The notes: a model not told the origin generated them from the sequence alone. A stretch of 64,000 bases of DNA from Nemertoderma westbladi (GCA_032718475.1 JAUCBJ010003703.1:4990-68989); one strand, 5' to 3'. Counted from the stretch's first letter, positions 1-12,489 are shown. Translations and numbers: made by a program.

Positions 1-630
1 CACACTTTCTACATCGATTTAATTATCTACAATGAACTTATATACCAAATATTAATTAAAAATTCATTTGTACAGGCACTTTTAAAAAACGACTTTTTGA
101 CATTTTTGCTAAATTAAATTAATTATAAAAACGCTTATATTGATAATTGATGTTTATAATAAATATAATCTGGTTTATAAATAGTGTATGTATAAAGTTG
201 CCGCAATGCTTGGTTAATTATCTAATTCTGAAGTGAATAAAATTAACTATTAAATTGGGGTATATTATTGGAAAATATAAAATATGACCAAATTAAAGTA
301 AAAAATAAAATTGGTTTTAAAAATTGTTGTTCTTCGGGCTTTCAGTAGCAAACAGTACTACTTATATATTATAATTTGATGTGTGTTTGAAATCCTGGTG
401 ACTATGTACACCAAAGTTACATTAAGTTTTATTTTTGATAATATTGAATTTTATTAAAAACACGATATTTAAAATGGCCATAACTTCGGTTCTAATGAAC
501 CAAATTTGCTGAAATTTTCAACATAACTTAATAATAGCAATATCGTCAGACCCTGTAAATTTGGTAAAGATCGAATCATTTTAAAAAAATGAGTGCCACC
601 GAGATTTGTCGAATTTGAATGGAATCACTC
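1..630. mobile_element. Right end of a non-autonomous DNA transposon (Sola-like GAG terminus), left part outside window
   Basis: Ends ...GAATTTGAATGGAATCACTC (reverse complement starts GAGTGATTCC, GRG-type terminus). MITE-like AT-rich body. Partner end and TSD not visible. Confidence 0.35.
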
Positions 631-700
631 ACATATAAAGTAAAATATGGTGGTGGTGAATATTATAGAGCTGAAATTATAATACATAGTAATAATATGA

Positions 701-982
701 TTGACAATAACTTCTATACCTTCCTTACTAAATTTCCTTACTAAATTATTATGTCGGGACATGAAAGCTAATGGTTATTCATTAAAACAACTCCGGAAGG
801 AAATTCAAACCCAGGATATCCGGAGTAATCAACGACCTCATTTCAGGAGCTATCAGATTGGTCCACCCTTGCTGTTATCGTGTGAAAAGAACCATCAACC
901 CAGACGTGGTAAATCAACGTTATCTCTACCTCTGCCATTTCCAGGACCAAATTCCATTGGCCATGCAACTAATAATACTTGA
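701..982 (+). pseudogene. Possible Penelope-like retroelement fragment (region between RT and GIY-YIG)
   Basis: Peptide has ...DMKANGYSLKQL... and ...LPLPFPGPNS..., resembling the NGYP and LPY-x-G-xx-S motifs of Penelope-like ORFs. No catalytic domain visible. Confidence 0.3.
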
Positions 983-1630
983 TAGCGACAGCGATGAGTA
1001 AGATGGATGGATATATAGTATATACCGTTAAACTTTAACTGGAGTGGAGATTATTTTGTCCTGCTTATTGTATGAAATAATATCATTAAGATTGTTAATA
1101 TGTTAAATAAACTTTAAATGTTAAAAAGGCGGCCCTGAGTGGTGGTTGTTTGTTGCTAAGGACGATACCGATCTCAACCAATGGATGGATGGGTTGGCGG
1201 CGCTATGTGGGGGCGCTGGCACCGAGGGATGGGATTCTAAATCACTGACATTCCATTGCTTAATGGTTGAGGCGATTATGTCTACGTTTCCATGTTATAA
1301 ATTTGGCGCTTATTAATGTTGGAGTAAATAAATTATAAAAAATATGGCCTACGTTCTTACAATGTCCATTACGAGGTATTATTGTTCTTTTTTATATCTG
1401 TGTCTTTATTCTCGTTTCTTAAAAGTTATTATAGCGCAGATTATTTCCCACTCCTGCATTGTTTATAGATTCATTATTTTTATCAATGAAATTTAATTTT
1501 TAATAAATGTAAAAACCTTATCGGCAATGTTTTCTGTTTACTGGAAATGTTCTTTTTATTCTAGAAAAATTACATTATGTATAGTAATAGTTTATCGTTG
1601 AAGTTATTACATCAAAGAATATATCTTTAA

Positions 1631-3822
1631 CCCTTTGCAGCCTATGGACTAACTGTTAGTCCACCATGGTACTGCTCGATGGACTAACTGTTAGTCCATG
1701 ACGAAACACCTATATCTAATGCAGCTTACTGCAACCAGAGCAGTACTAGCAGTGTTATAAAAGCAGTATAGAGCAGTTATAAATCTTTCTTACATTGGGT
1801 TAACATAAACTGGCGGGAAATTCAAAGTGAATTTATCTATCTTTGCATCCTATATTAGCTAATGGCCTACCTGGTAGTAATAAACGGCAGTGTACGTTGT
1901 GCTCCTCCTGAGTGAGAATGCCGAGATTAAATTACGTGATTTTTTGCATGCTGGTAGATGGTCACCCGGGCAAGGTTTCAGTCTCACTTTTGAGCGCCGA
2001 GCACATTTTGGTAATGCAAGCCGTTAGCATCCCTTATGTGTATGTATGTTAGGTTCCCACTACCGGTAGTGTGCTGAGCGATTTTTTTTTCATTCAGGTA
2101 GGAGACAGGACAGAGGTGAAACGCAAACCCGCCTGGGCGAATCAACCAGGTTAATTTTCAATTTAGGGAAAGGAACAGTTTACAGTACTGAGTACTTTGG
2201 TAGGCTATTCTAACCAAAACACTAAACGAAAGCCTATAACAGTATAACACAGGTTACAGTTTCATATTGGAAATCTGTTCTGTTGTCATCTCCTATTTGC
2301 ATCGTTTTTCCCAGAGGTAGTTGCATTTTGAGTGTGTTTCTAGTCTCTAGTTTCTCCCCCTATCTAGCAGGTAGGACCTATAAATAAATTTGATATTATT
2401 ATGCTTTCTGACTGATAATGGCCACCACATATTCGGCATATCCACACCGCGTACGACATCCACCTAGGGCGTATGGGTTTGACTCGGACAGCGACAGCTC
2501 TGAAAGCAGCAGCACCGATAGCGATATCAATAGTGCTTCCGAATCAGAGGAATCCGAAGGAGAACAAGAATCGGAAGAAGAACCGGTTCCAACACCTGTG
2601 GGATGGAGTTTCGTTGAACCTGGAACTGATTCAATATCAATGAGAACTTTTGAAAATCAACAGAATGTTGGATGGCGGACTGATATTGATGTGACTAATT
2701 ATAAAGTTGGTGACTATGTGGATCTATGTGGATCGTTATTGTGAAATTCTTCGAAACATTCGATTTTCTGATTTGGATAAGTTTGACCCAGATGACAAAA
2801 TGACTCGATTGAATGACCTTTTCGATGAACTTCATAAAACTGTAAAAGTTTATACTCCAGGGAAGGAACTTTCTCTCGATGAATGTCTGCTTCTTTACAA
2901 AGGAAGACTACACTTCAAACAGTTTATAAAAACCAAACGAGCTAGATTTGGCATAAAAATGTTTTTATTGACAGACTATACGGGTTATTTGCTCTCAACT
3001 TTCATATATTTCGGAGCTAATTCTGCTATAGACTGTGATAATGTGTTTAGTTCTCAACTCAGCAAATCTGAGAAGGTTGTAATAAAAAGTGTATTTCATG
3101 TCACTCTCTATCAAACTCATATAGTCATATGCAGTACATTTGACATTACAGATACTCTATCATTATCAATTATCAATTAGCATTATAATTAATATTTGTA
3201 GTAATAATAATTAAATAAGTTCGTTTATAAATGAAATCGCGATTTGAATGATTCTCTTTGATATTGAATTTCGAAATACTCTATAAACTTCCAATAACCA
3301 ATAGACGACCAATAGTTTTCTTAAATAGTATTAAATTATTAACTAATATTATAAATATATTAGTAATAAATATTTTTGTTCACCAATCGACTAAGACGAT
3401 GATTATCTACAAGTTTGACTTTTACTATTTTCATATACAACCTGTAGTTTTCTTAAATAGTTTTAAATTATTAACTAATATTATAAATATATTAGTTATA
3501 AATAATTGTTTTGCTAGTCAATCGACTAATTCGATGATTATCTACAACTTTGAATTTTACTATTTTTTAATCCGACCTATATATTTCTTAAATAACATAA
3601 ATTATTAACTAATTATTATAAATATATTAGTTATAAATAAAATTAATTATTTTTTTCCTCGCCATTTAACTAAGCTAACTATTCTGTACATCTTTGTATT
3701 TGACTATTTTCACAAATGACCTATAATTTTCACGAAATAGGTTAAATTATAATCTGATAAAAATTTAAATATTTCTAGGGTAGTACCCAGGGGATTTTCT
3801 GGTGCTATCAGGCTGGAAAGGG
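1631..3822 (+). mobile_element. Internally deleted piggyBac transposon
   Basis: TTAA at 1627-1630 and 3823-3826. TIRs CCCTTTGCAGCCT / AGGCTGGAAAGGG (12/13 match). Contains transposase remnants and about 120-bp AT-rich tandem repeats at 3290-3660. Confidence 0.93.
2418..3090 (+). pseudogene. piggyBac (PGBD4-like, DDE_Tnp_1_7) transposase remnant
   Basis: Acidic Ser/Glu N-terminus, then after a deletion/frameshift YTPGKELSLDECLLLYKGRLHFKQFIKTKRARFGIK, which includes the first catalytic Asp. C-terminal half is missing. Confidence 0.9.
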
Positions 3823-3959
3823 TTAACGTTTCTTGTATCTTTTCTTTCTTTGTTTTTTTGTATCTTTATTCGCCGTAATTTACTCGAACCACCTGTGTTA
3901 TATTGTCCGACAGTGTTTGCCACTCACTTTCTCTGACATTGTCCGACAATGTCTTTCAA

Positions 3960-4581
3960 TTATGATAATAAAATATGATAATTAAATATCACCACGAAAT
4001 CAAATTGATTTTCACCTTGAGTTTTTCGGGATGCTGATCCATTATCACGAATATGACACTAAAAAATATCGTACCTTGTTAATTACGGCATTTTTTGATA
4101 TGTGTCAATGTGCAGCACGAAAAATACAAGTAGCACAAATTTGATATTCCAAAATTCAAATTCGATTTTTCTCGTTTGAAATTTTATGCTACTTGTATTT
4201 TTCGTCCCAGAGCAGACAAGCACCGACGATCATAGTTGCATTCATATTCCCACGAATGATTATAACGAGTTGTATCATGATCAGCAACCTTGAAAACCAG
4301 TATAGCTTTAGACTTATCAAACCAAACGCAAAATTTAACAGTTTGAAATTTTTGCTACTTTTTACTTTTCATTCTGGAGCACCAGATGGCACTAAAAATG
4401 ATGGTTGCATTGCCAGAATATTTTTTTAACAAGTTTTATCGTAAACAGCGACCTCGAAAACCTTTAAACCATTCAAATTATAATTTTTGAGCCAAGATAT
4501 AAACAAATGTCTAAAATGACCCCCCTCTGCCCCTCCCCCCCTGGGCCAATTGAGTAGTAAAATAGACCGGACCAGATAGGG
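3960..4581. mobile_element. Right part of a non-autonomous piggyBac-like MITE
   Basis: Ends GACCAGATAGGG followed by TTAA (4582-4585). C-rich subterminal tract and body resemble the element at 61887-63507. Left terminus not found, so start is approximate. Confidence 0.5.
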
Positions 4582-4620
4582 TTAATTTATTTGGTCATAT
4601 ATGGCCATTGGTTTATTCTA

Positions 4621-4782
4621 CACTGAAGAGAATCGCATGCTAGACACGTGCGATACGCATGGGTACTTCGCATGATATCCGCATGCGTTTCGCTTCTAAA
4701 GGTCCCGACACTTTCCCATGCGATTCGCATGCGAATTAGATGCGTGACCCACATGCGATACGCATAAACATTTTTGACTGGG
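4621..4782. mobile_element. Short MITE-like element with inverted TCGCATG subterminal repeats (EnSpm-like?)
   Basis: Starts CACTG and ends GACTGGGG, with several CGCATG/CATGCG repeats. Termini are imperfect and there is no TSD. Confidence 0.3.
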
Positions 4783-5070
4783 GTTTCTATGGAAGTAGTT
4801 AAAATAATGTCCTATTTAAAAATGAAAACCATACTTTTTTTATCTACTTATAAAATAAATCATTTCAGCAATATGTCTAATGTTTTCACATTTTTTTCTT
4901 TTTTTCTTCCCTTTTCCCTCTTTTCTCCTTTCTGTTTTTCCTTGTTTTCCTGCTGGTTTTCTTTTTTTTTTCCCCCCTCCCAGCAGTCTGTTTTACCCCA
5001 AGCCTCGGCCTATGCATGTAGTATGGGCCTATATGGCAGTGAAGGTTAATGGAAGATACTGTACTACTGT

Positions 5071-5358
5071 AAAAAAAAAAAAAAAAAAAAAAATAAAATT
5101 TTCTTCGGCCGCTAGCCAGGGATTACGCACAAAGTCGGACGACTTATTTCCAGTGCGGTCCCCCCAGAACTTTACTCCCCAGAGGAAACTCCAGTACTCA
5201 TTTAGCTACCACTTAAGGATGCAAGGCAGAGATGCGCCCTGGCTGGTCCCTTCAAAGCATTTGTGCCGAAACGAAAACTGCCCTGGCCCATGTGAGGATC
5301 GAACCCACGACCTACGGGAGATGTGAATTCAATGCAACCACTACACCAAGGTGGAACC
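5071..5358 (-). mobile_element. tRNA-derived SINE with LINE-like 3' stem-loop
   Basis: Minus strand: A box TGGTGTAGTGG, B box GGTTCGATCC, central CTCTGCCTTGCATCCTTAAGTGGTAGCTAAATGAGTAC, 3' GGACCGCACTGGAAATAAGTCGTCCGACTTTGTGCGTAATCC, then a T-rich tail. Confidence 0.85.
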
Positions 5359-6479
5359 TAAGATAAAACCATATACTGTAACTCACAAGTTGACATACTG
5401 TACCTTATATATCCATTACCTTTAGATCAATTTTACTTAAAACTAAGTTTTTTCAGTTACATGGTTTTGACTTAAAGAGGGCAGTATAATGTATTGGGTT
5501 TAGCAGTTTAAAAACAGTTTAGTAGTTGGGTTTATTGTTGTTCACTTGGTTATTACAATAAAAAGTATTTCGGTCCAATGCCATTATGTCATCTCTGATT
5601 CACCTAACTATTTTGACGTCACACGTATGTTTTATTTTTCCCCAACTGGTACCATTCCACAGTGAGGCATCCCTAACACGGTGTGGGGTCTGGGTCTGAC
5701 TTACACCTCGCCTCGGTGGAAAGAAATTAAATAGCGACTGTAGTTTATTCTTACAACTCGTGTAAAATATGTAATCCTTTCTTTCTTCTCGACTCATGAA
5801 TCTCGAGCATTAATGGTACCTTGGTTAGGAAAAGATGAGGCATAAACTATTACTTCGGCTCTACTGCTGCCCCCATTAATATATTTTATTTTTACTTTAA
5901 CTAAAACCCACAAAGCGCCAGGTTATACAAGTATACAATATACAAACTCATTGGAATCAAAAACAAACTTTAAGTGAAGTAAAAGAGTTTTATTCGGTTG
6001 TAAGGACAGGGATTACGCATTAACCTCTAGATAAAATTATAAAATTATTATTTAAAATATCGGCGCCGTTTTTAGCTAAAAAGACCGGACGGCAAAGAGG
6101 TTATCCCGATAATGGATATAAATATATACAGTACAAATACTGTATATACATAAAACCCTGCCGCTGTAAAGTCCTCCCAATTCCCTGAATTATTAAAGTG
6201 GTCGTTTATTGTTTTGATAAAAAAGGAATAAGTGCAGGAATAAGTGCATGGGAATAAGTAGGAATCGGTTGAAGGGGGTCAAAGGGGATATAACTCGACA
6301 TGCTACTAATTTATAAGTTTCACTTTGATTCATTGATTGATTTCGTTTATGTTGCATTAAAATCAGATTCACTGAAAACATTAATAACCTTAAAATCAAT
6401 GTATTTAATCAGTTACAAATATATATAGTTCACTACAAAATACAACAATTTTGTTACCGGTAACTTTTAGATTTATGAA

Positions 6480-6714
6480 CAGAATTGATATGGGTGTTTA
6501 GGCAGTCTTGCCGACTGAATTCTTTATTACAATAACCGCATTTATGTTTGATATCTTGGTGAACGTATTTGATATGTTGTTTTAGCAAATGATTTTACAC
6601 AATGAAAACAGTTTTACTTAATACCTTTATGAAAGTAGTTCACATGGGTGTTTACCTTTGCTGGCTGAATTCTTTATTACAATAACCGCACTTATATTTA
6701 ATATCTTTACGTAT
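6480..6714 (-). pseudogene. Degenerate distal zinc-finger repeats, detached continuation of the 8518-10185 array
   Basis: Same nucleotide unit as the gene (GAATTCTTTATTACAATAACCGCACTTAT; GCAAATGATTTT.CACAATG), now with frameshifts and stops. Confidence 0.85.
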
Positions 6715-6722
6715 ATATAGAG

Positions 6723-8351
6723 TAGAGTTGCAACAGAGACCTGTTTTTCTTAATCCCGGTAAACCAGAGACCTACCCAGAGAATTATTTTGAAAAATACC
6801 GGAGACCAGAGCCGGAGATCAGAGACTTGGCTTATTTTTCTACTTACATTTTGATTAGTCCCATAAAGCACAGACAGGTACATATGGACTGATAACTATT
6901 TTTATATGGTTGAATTACAGTAACTCCAACCCATGTCAACCCTGACCCATTGGAATAAAATAAGCGCACGTACACGTACAGGTTGGGGGACTTAATTAAT
7001 ATTAATTTGGTTATTTGTTTATTAATTCGTTCTTATTTTGTTATTGTTAATAATATGGGGACTCTTACACTTTACCGTGCCATTATAGCCATATTTTGAT
7101 ATAATAAAATGATCTTAAAATATTTGTTCTAGAACAAAAAAGATTTGTTCTAGAACAACATTTTTATATTAAATGTATAGATAATATGTTCTAGAGCATT
7201 AAAAAAGAAACAAAAACTAGCTAGTATAAAAAATCTATACTAAGATAACATACAATAAAAAATTAACAAGTTAGCTAGTGCTTTGTATTTTTTGTTCTAG
7301 AACAAAAAATATTTGTTCTAGAACAACATTTTTATATGAAATAGATTGATAATGCTCTCGAACATTTAAAAGACAAGAAACAAAAACTAGCTAGCTTGCC
7401 ATTTTACCAATTTTTTGATATAATAAAATGATAGTTTTTAATCTATAATATCATAATTAGGGAAACTACTGTAGAAGGAAGTGAAGGAAGTGTACCCGGT
7501 TTAGTAACAAACAATAAAAACAATAGCTACACAAAACGTAACAAAATGTAATTGTACGTAGAGTAAATTACGGTATCACTTGCGTAAATATATATTATAA
7601 CAATTATATTTTTTTGAATTATATTGAATGTATAAGTGGCTCGGCAAACTGTAAGAGAGCCATAATATGTTACATAAATTTGTTTTGCGCCATAGGTACT
7701 GGTACTTTGTTAATTAAAGGCACTTATTTTACAAATTGTTCAAATCATATACATTTCATTCAATGTACTATAAAATAAACTTAGTAAATTACAAATACAG
7801 TGCACAGGTATGGTACTCTACTCGCCCCATTTACAAGCCTCGTTATGCTCGTTTTCTTCATTTGGTCGTCATATTATCTATCCTACAACAAGTTGAATGG
7901 AGATCATCTTTCACTTTTAGACATTATGGGTGCTCAAATTAAGCACCTTTATCCTTAAATAAGAACCCTCTTTAGGTGCTAATTTAACTTAAAATTAAAC
8001 GAACCTTAAATTAATTAAATAGAAGATTATCGGTACATTTAGTTTGAGTCAGATTTAGAGTTAGATTAAAAACAGTGTAAAAGTGAATATATAATTTTGT
8101 TGAAGCAGAGTATTAAAAATAGTTAAAAATTAAAGATATTATTAATTGTAAAAAAATTGTGAAAAATAATCTTTATTTCTCATTTTGTGTTGTACAGGAT
8201 CTATTTTTAAATAACTAATTCTAAATTGGAAAATCACTGATCTCTGGGTAAAATGTGTGTTTTCAATACCCGGGAACCAGAGACCTATCCAGAGACTAAA
8301 AAATAGCCCGGAGAATCCAGAGATCAGTGACAGGTCTCTGTTACAACTCTA
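6723..8351. mobile_element. Non-autonomous hAT transposon inserted in the zinc-finger array
   Basis: TIRs TAGAGTTGCAACAGAGACCTG / CAGGTCTCTGTTACAACTCTA. 8-bp TSD ATATAGAG at 6715-6722 and 8352-8359. Subterminal CAGAGA repeats. Confidence 0.93.
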
Positions 8352-8517
8352 ATATAGAGTCGATATGTTGTTTTAGAACGCATTTTTTAGCAAATGATTT
8401 CCCACAATAGGAGCAGCTATACTTGAAGACACCTTTGTGGGCAAAGTTAATGTGGGTGTTTAGACTCCTTTGATAGCTGAATTCTTTATGACAATAACCG
8501 CACTTATGTTTTACATC
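8352..8517 (-). pseudogene. Two in-frame zinc fingers downstream of the premature stop
   Basis: After TAA the frame continues DVKHKCGYCHKEFSYQRSLNTHINFAHKGVFKYSCSYCGKSFAKKCVLKQHIDSI up to the hAT TSD. Confidence 0.88.
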
Positions 8518-10185
8518 TTAGTGAACGGATTCGATATGTTGTTTTAGTACGGCTTTTCTAGCAAATGATTTTCCACAATGAAAACAGTTGAACTTGATAT
8601 CTTTATGGGAGTAGTTGATATGAGTGTTTAGATACGTTAGCTGACTGAATTCTTTATGACAATAACCGCACTTATGTTTTATATCCTTATGTATAGAGTC
8701 GACATGTCGTTTTAGTACGGCTTTTGTAGCAAATGATTTTCCACAATCGAAACAGTTGTACTTGATATCTTTATGAAAGTAGTTCACATGAGTGTTTAGA
8801 TTCCTTTGCTGACTGAATTCTTTATTACAATAATCGCACTTATGTTTTATATCTTTATGTATAGAGTCGATATGTTGTTTTAGAGCGCCTTTTTGACCAA
8901 ATGATTTTCCACAATCAGAGCAGCTATACTTGATGATACCTTTGTGGGCAAAGTTAATGTGGTTGTTTAGATCCCATTGCCGGCTGAATTCTCTATTACA
9001 ATAACCGCACTTAGGTTTGATATCTTTATGTATAGAGTCGACATGTCGGTTTAGTTCGGCCTTTGTAACAAATGATTTTCCACAATCAAAACATTTGTAC
9101 TTGATATCTTTATGAAAGTAGTTCACATGGGTGTTTAGACTACCTTGCTGGCTGAATTCTTTATTACAATAACCGCACTTATGTTTTATATCTTTGTGAA
9201 CGGATTCGATATGTTGTTTTAGTTGGCATTTTCTAGCAAATGATTTTCCACAATGAAAACAGTTGAACTTGATATCTTTATGGGAATAGTTGATATGGGT
9301 GTTTAGATACGTTAGCTGACTGAATTCTTTATTACAATAACCGCACTTATGTTTGACATCTTTATGTATACTGTCGAAATGCCGTTTTAGGTCGTGTTTG
9401 TAACGAAATTCTTTATTACAATAACCGCACTTATGCTTGATATCTTTATGTATAAAGTCGACATGTCGTTTTAGTACGGCTTTTGTAGCAAATGATTTTC
9501 CACAATCGTAGCAGCTATACTTGATGATACCTTTGTGGGCAAAGTTAACGTGGGTGTTTAGCCTACTTTGATAGCTGAATTCTTTATTACAATAACCGCA
9601 CTTATGTTTGTTATCTTTATGGGTAGCGTCAACATGCTTCTTTACATATTTTTTTCTTTTACACACTTTCTCACAATAATCGCATTTATACTTATTCTTG
9701 ACGTCTTTATAAACGGATTCTATATGTCTCTCTAAATTTCCTTTGTTATTAAATAATTCATTGCAATGCAAACAGGAACTGGTATCTGAAGAAGATACCA
9801 ACTCCCCAACAGTTTCATTAGAATTGCCGGACTCTGTTGTTGCACAACTGATTGTTGGTTCTGTACCTTCAGTTCCAATAGGCCTACGATACGAACAGTC
9901 TGGATTGTTGTTTTCCCGTTTTTCAACAATAAAAGAATCTCCAGATGGTTCATAGGAAATATCTTCGTCATCTAGTAAAGGGACAACATCTACTCTACCG
10001 AACAAATTGATGTGATCTTCGATGGGAGATGATCCGTAAACGCAGTTCTCTTGATTAACATCAAGATAATAGGGGGTGGAGTCTGTTGGTTCTTTCTTTA
10101 TAATCATACAATCTGATTGTTCTTTCTTTAGAATTATACCGGCACCAGATGATTTCTCTTTCAATAAATTAGTATGTTTATCCAT
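8518..10185 (-). CDS. Tandem C2H2 zinc-finger protein (about 15 fingers, the first degenerate)
   Basis: Uninterrupted ORF with repeated C-x2-C-x12-H-x4-H fingers, non-canonical linkers (KDIKHK, KGIIKYS) and an acidic N-terminus with IKKEP. First ATG at 10185 (the ORF track starts at TTG 10191). An upstream exon cannot be excluded. Confidence 0.88.
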   Translation of the reverse strand: MDKHTNLLKEKSSGAGIILKKEQSDCMIIKKEPTDSTPYYLDVNQENCVYGSSPIEDHINLFGRVDVVPLLDDEDISYEPSGDSFIVEKRENNNPDCSYRRPIGTEGTEPTISCATTESGNSNETVGELVSSSDTSSCLHCNELFNNKGNLERHIESVYKDVKNKYKCDYCEKVCKRKKYVKKHVDATHKDNKHKCGYCNKEFSYQSRLNTHVNFAHKGIIKYSCYDCGKSFATKAVLKRHVDFIHKDIKHKCGYCNKEFRYKHDLKRHFDSIHKDVKHKCGYCNKEFSQLTYLNTHINYSHKDIKFNCFHCGKSFARKCQLKQHIESVHKDIKHKCGYCNKEFSQQGSLNTHVNYFHKDIKYKCFDCGKSFVTKAELNRHVDSIHKDIKPKCGYCNREFSRQWDLNNHINFAHKGIIKYSCSDCGKSFGQKGALKQHIDSIHKDIKHKCDYCNKEFSQQRNLNTHVNYFHKDIKYNCFDCGKSFATKAVLKRHVDSIHKDIKHKCGYCHKEFSQLTYLNTHINYSHKDIKFNCFHCGKSFARKAVLKQHIESVH

Positions 10186-11184
10186 TATCAAATCTTCAAT
10201 AAATATTAATCAATAAATTAAATACAGGTGGCAGTAGTTTTAGGTATGTCAAGCTCTTCACTAATAAAAATTTCACGCGATGTAAATATAATAAATAGAT
10301 TATATAAGAGCGTTCAAAAGTTGCATGTCACTGTAACGGAATGGAGCAGGTTATAGTAACAGTGACAAACAAATGGAACCAAAAGAAAACTATCACTACT
10401 ACAGTACCAGCAGTACCAGTACGATTCGAGAGTAAAAGTTTAGGTGATTTATTAAATATGTTATTGGCAATTGAATTAAAGAGACAGAGTGTGCTACGTA
10501 CGGTCGCGGTTGTATGAAACTACGAAAGTTCCTATGTAACAAACTTCGCCCGCGTTTGAACTTAAGTAATTAATTACCGGTACCTAATACTTAAACAAAA
10601 ACTCAAGTTCGTGTAGTTGACTATGAAACTGTAACCTGTAAAGCCCATGGCGACGGACATTGTCAATACTGCTAACTTTGAAGGTCGATTTCACTTGGTT
10701 GCTATGGTATTTTCAAAAAAACTAAATATGCCATTCACTTCATCATATCAAAAATATTAATCTTCAATAAATTTTAACTCATCATATCTATAGATATACT
10801 ATAAGAGCTGTTGCTATGGCAGTTTCCTCCGTTGCTATGTTTAAGACCCTCTTAAAAACCAGCTCAACCTTTTGGTGAAGTCTACCCAATTTGTTTATAA
10901 TGTCCGATATCAGTACTAAACATCTAGATGGTGTGGCTCAGTCGTATAAAAACACTCACGGGGTCATAGGCTGGAGCCTGTATTACATATAGAAACACCT
11001 AGATTTATAAACATTGAGGCAGAAAACAACAGTTGGACATTTTTTTACCTACGAAATTAAACATCATGATTACTGAAATATTTCCGTTGCTATGTTAACC
11101 CGAGCGGGTTTTATAAATTGCAGAAATAGATAACAATTCAACCAGTGTGTATAAGTGTGGAACAATTCAACCAGTGTGTACGTA

Positions 11185-11586
11185 CACTGCGTTGTACCGG
11201 TACTGGACTAGACTTTGAATGATACAGACTGAACTCTGAAACTGTAAGCTTGACGATGAGTATGGTCACCATACTATGGTGTGGCATTCAAGGCGATAAA
11301 AGCTCTGTTAGATGGAAACCACAACGAGTCTAAACGACAAAACGAAGTTTGGACTTCGTCGTCTTCATTCGAAGTTTATTGGACATCAGTCTTCCATTCC
11401 GGCTTTATTTAGACTCGGCAACCTTGTTCTCGGGTTTACTATTACTCCATGTGCCAGTGCCATCTGCCATGTTTATGTTCAACCGATAATTTTTCGCCGC
11501 CACATCATCGTGACGCCGCCTTCAGGTAGTCGGAATAGTTCATATGAGTAGTTTAGTCTAGTACAGTAGTGCCGGTACACGCAGTG
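11185..11586. mobile_element. MITE with CACTG termini
   Basis: Imperfect TIRs of about 30 bp: CACTGCGTTGTACCGGTACTGGACTAGACT / AGTCTAGTACAGTAGTGCCGGTACACGCAGTG. No clean TSD. Confidence 0.55.
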
Positions 11587-12489
11587 CATTCTACTGAAGT
11601 AGGTACCGGTTCTGGCTATATTGTTATCAATTCTGAGATTTAAAACTCCTTAAAGTTTAAAACTCCTGGCAACGAACGGTACGGCTACGGTAGTTAATTA
11701 TAGGTAGTTATGTCGTTTACTTTTGAATTTTCGCTGAAAAAGTATAAAAAAATACAGCAAACCATAGTTTCTGTCTCATTTTTGATAAATCTATGTGTTT
11801 CTAGATGTTTCGGGCCTTTATCAAACTCGGTGTTTATTCTAGCTGTAGCGTTTCCAGGTATTATTAAGTACGTTTGATTGAACGACCATTCAGCCATTAA
11901 TTATCTAATGTCAGGATTGTTTGGCTAGTGTCGTTCAAATGTACTAATACCCTGTTTCCAGGTGTTTCCAGCCATTTTCCAGGGTTTTCAGCTTTTCAGT
12001 ACATACCAAGGACTACTCTACCATTGCAGGTGCAGCCATATACAGGTATAAGCAACAGTCTGACAGTGCTTACCCGTAATATATGAACGCAGAATACACT
12101 ACACTGAATAATGACAATCACAAATATAGGCCTACAGCTGTACAGACCTGCAGACTGACAGACGTCAGGTAGGCTATGGGTTCAGGACTTAATGCAACTG
12201 ACACATACAGACATATGGAATCAGCATGCGGATGCATCATCGACCAATCAAAATTGCTAATCATCCCCTTCTATTTCCTTAGAAATTGGAGCCCTCCTAT
12301 TGGCTTGTTTAGTCTTACTCTCAAGATTTGTGGTTTTCAAGCAATGTTAGACTATCTTTCTTATAAGGTTTACTCTGAGGCACCCCCCCCCCCCCCCCCT
12401 CCCTCCCTCCCTCCACCCACCTACAGCTGCCAGTTGTCTATTGACTCTGCTGGCCTTGGAGTTACTCAACTTAGGGAAAATATCATATT

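Noticed and set aside
960-1330. Hammerhead ribozyme expected near a Penelope-like fragment
   Set aside because: No CTGATGA...GAAA core with flanking stems was found by eye on either strand.
3258-3608. 116-aa hydrophobic ORF
   Set aside because: It is a translation of AT-rich tandem repeats inside the piggyBac 3' region.
5280-5358. Possible tRNA gene
   Set aside because: A and B boxes are present but there is no convincing cloverleaf, and it runs directly into a SINE body and LINE-like tail.
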